NCBI GenBank assembly: GCA_965204175.1
Contig: OZ241978.1
Span: 4,282,728 to 4,346,727, forward strand
Reading direction: 5' to 3'
DNA: 64,000 bases
Origin: Vicinamibacterales bacterium
GTDB lineage: Bacteria > Acidobacteriota > Vicinamibacteria > Vicinamibacterales > UBA8438
Shown here: positions 63,710-64,000 of the stretch, in pieces
Layout of the letters: every line of letters begins with the position of its first letter
Position numbering within the stretch: the stretch's first letter is position 1
The notes under the pieces: generated by a model
Told to the model about the DNA's origin: nothing
The model's input: the letters and a program-made list of their open reading frames with translations, nothing else
Database searches by the model: none
Position numbers and translations under genes: made by a program

Positions 63710-63871
63710 ATGGCGGACAAGGGCGCGACGAACGCGGGGATTGGATTCTGGGGCTTCGGCAGCGCATTGGCGATCACGATTTCATGGTCGCTCCACGAGT
63801 CGGTCCTGTGGGCGATCGTCCATGGCGTCTTATCGTGGTTCTATGCCGTCTACTACGTCGCCACCCGGTAG
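63710..63871 (+). CDS. Small hydrophobic membrane protein (53 aa)
   Basis: The ORF is below the track's 60-aa cutoff. 'GIGFWGFGSALAITISWSLHESVLWAIVHGVLSWFYAVYYV' is Trp/Tyr/Phe-rich, which is unlikely by chance in 70% GC DNA. Confidence 0.45.
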   Translation: MADKGATNAGIGFWGFGSALAITISWSLHESVLWAIVHGVLSWFYAVYYVATR

Positions 63872-64000
63872 TCGGGGCGTGGGAAGCTGCGTCCTGCTCG
63901 TCAAGCGCAGCATCGAGCCGGCCGCTGGCGAGCATGCCGATCAGCGCGGCGACCACGACGACGCGCGCCGGGCTGGCGGCAGCAGGCTTCCCGGGCGGCA

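Noticed and set aside
63774-64000. A minus-strand ORF at the window edge ('...VVVVAALIGMLASGRLDAALDEQ...').
   Set aside because: Its distal part is junk-like and antisense to the more convincing small hydrophobic ORF at 63710..63871. The rest runs off the window, so no call is possible.

Overview
This is a high-GC (roughly 68-70%) bacterial chromosomal segment. I found no rRNA, tRNA, CRISPR array, transposase or integrase. Several marker families point to an Acidobacteriota-like organism, which is an inference only: a PadR regulator next to an ADOP-type duplicated FtsX permease, two TIGR03436-style secreted VWA proteins, and many secreted PQQ beta-propeller dehydrogenases. About 60 CDSs are credible. 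The backbone encodes secreted or periplasmic redox enzymes (PQQ dehydrogenases, Tat-signal FMN dehydrogenases, a haem/Cu-monooxygenase-like protein), amino-acid and small-molecule metabolism (aminotransferase, threonine aldolase, ornithine-cyclodeaminase family, EctD-like hydroxylase, HAD dehalogenases, PfkB kinase, GntP permease), and four paralogs of an uncharacterised secreted 'CHEGN-motif' family. Small, often lower-GC accessory islets and many gene relics interrupt this backbone. They include toxin-antitoxin modules and orphans (BrnT, HigBA, MazEF, VapB-like, AbrB-type, RHH), an hsdR 3' relic, gutted beta-propeller and beta-helix genes, and tandem Uma2-like nuclease genes. The leads most worth a second look are: (1) a redoxin/DsbD-N fusion gene with an in-frame TGA at the CxxC position and an fdhF-like SECIS hairpin, making it a candidate selenoprotein; (2) a BrnT toxin translationally coupled to a GHKL ATPase of more than 630 aa sitting in the antitoxin slot; (3) a small-protein / retropepsin-like protease / GIY-YIG nuclease islet; (4) a three-gene cluster encoding a haem-Cu-monooxygenase-like protein, a secreted unknown protein and a signal-peptide-bearing ankyrin protein. 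Caveats: all family calls come from motif and pattern recognition by eye, not from searches. Start codons are best guesses from RBS and signal-peptide logic. Several frame breaks sit in G/C runs and may be sequencing errors. The ORF track omits the edge-truncated ORF at 1..1902, and many of its long ORFs are out-of-frame or antisense artefacts of high GC.
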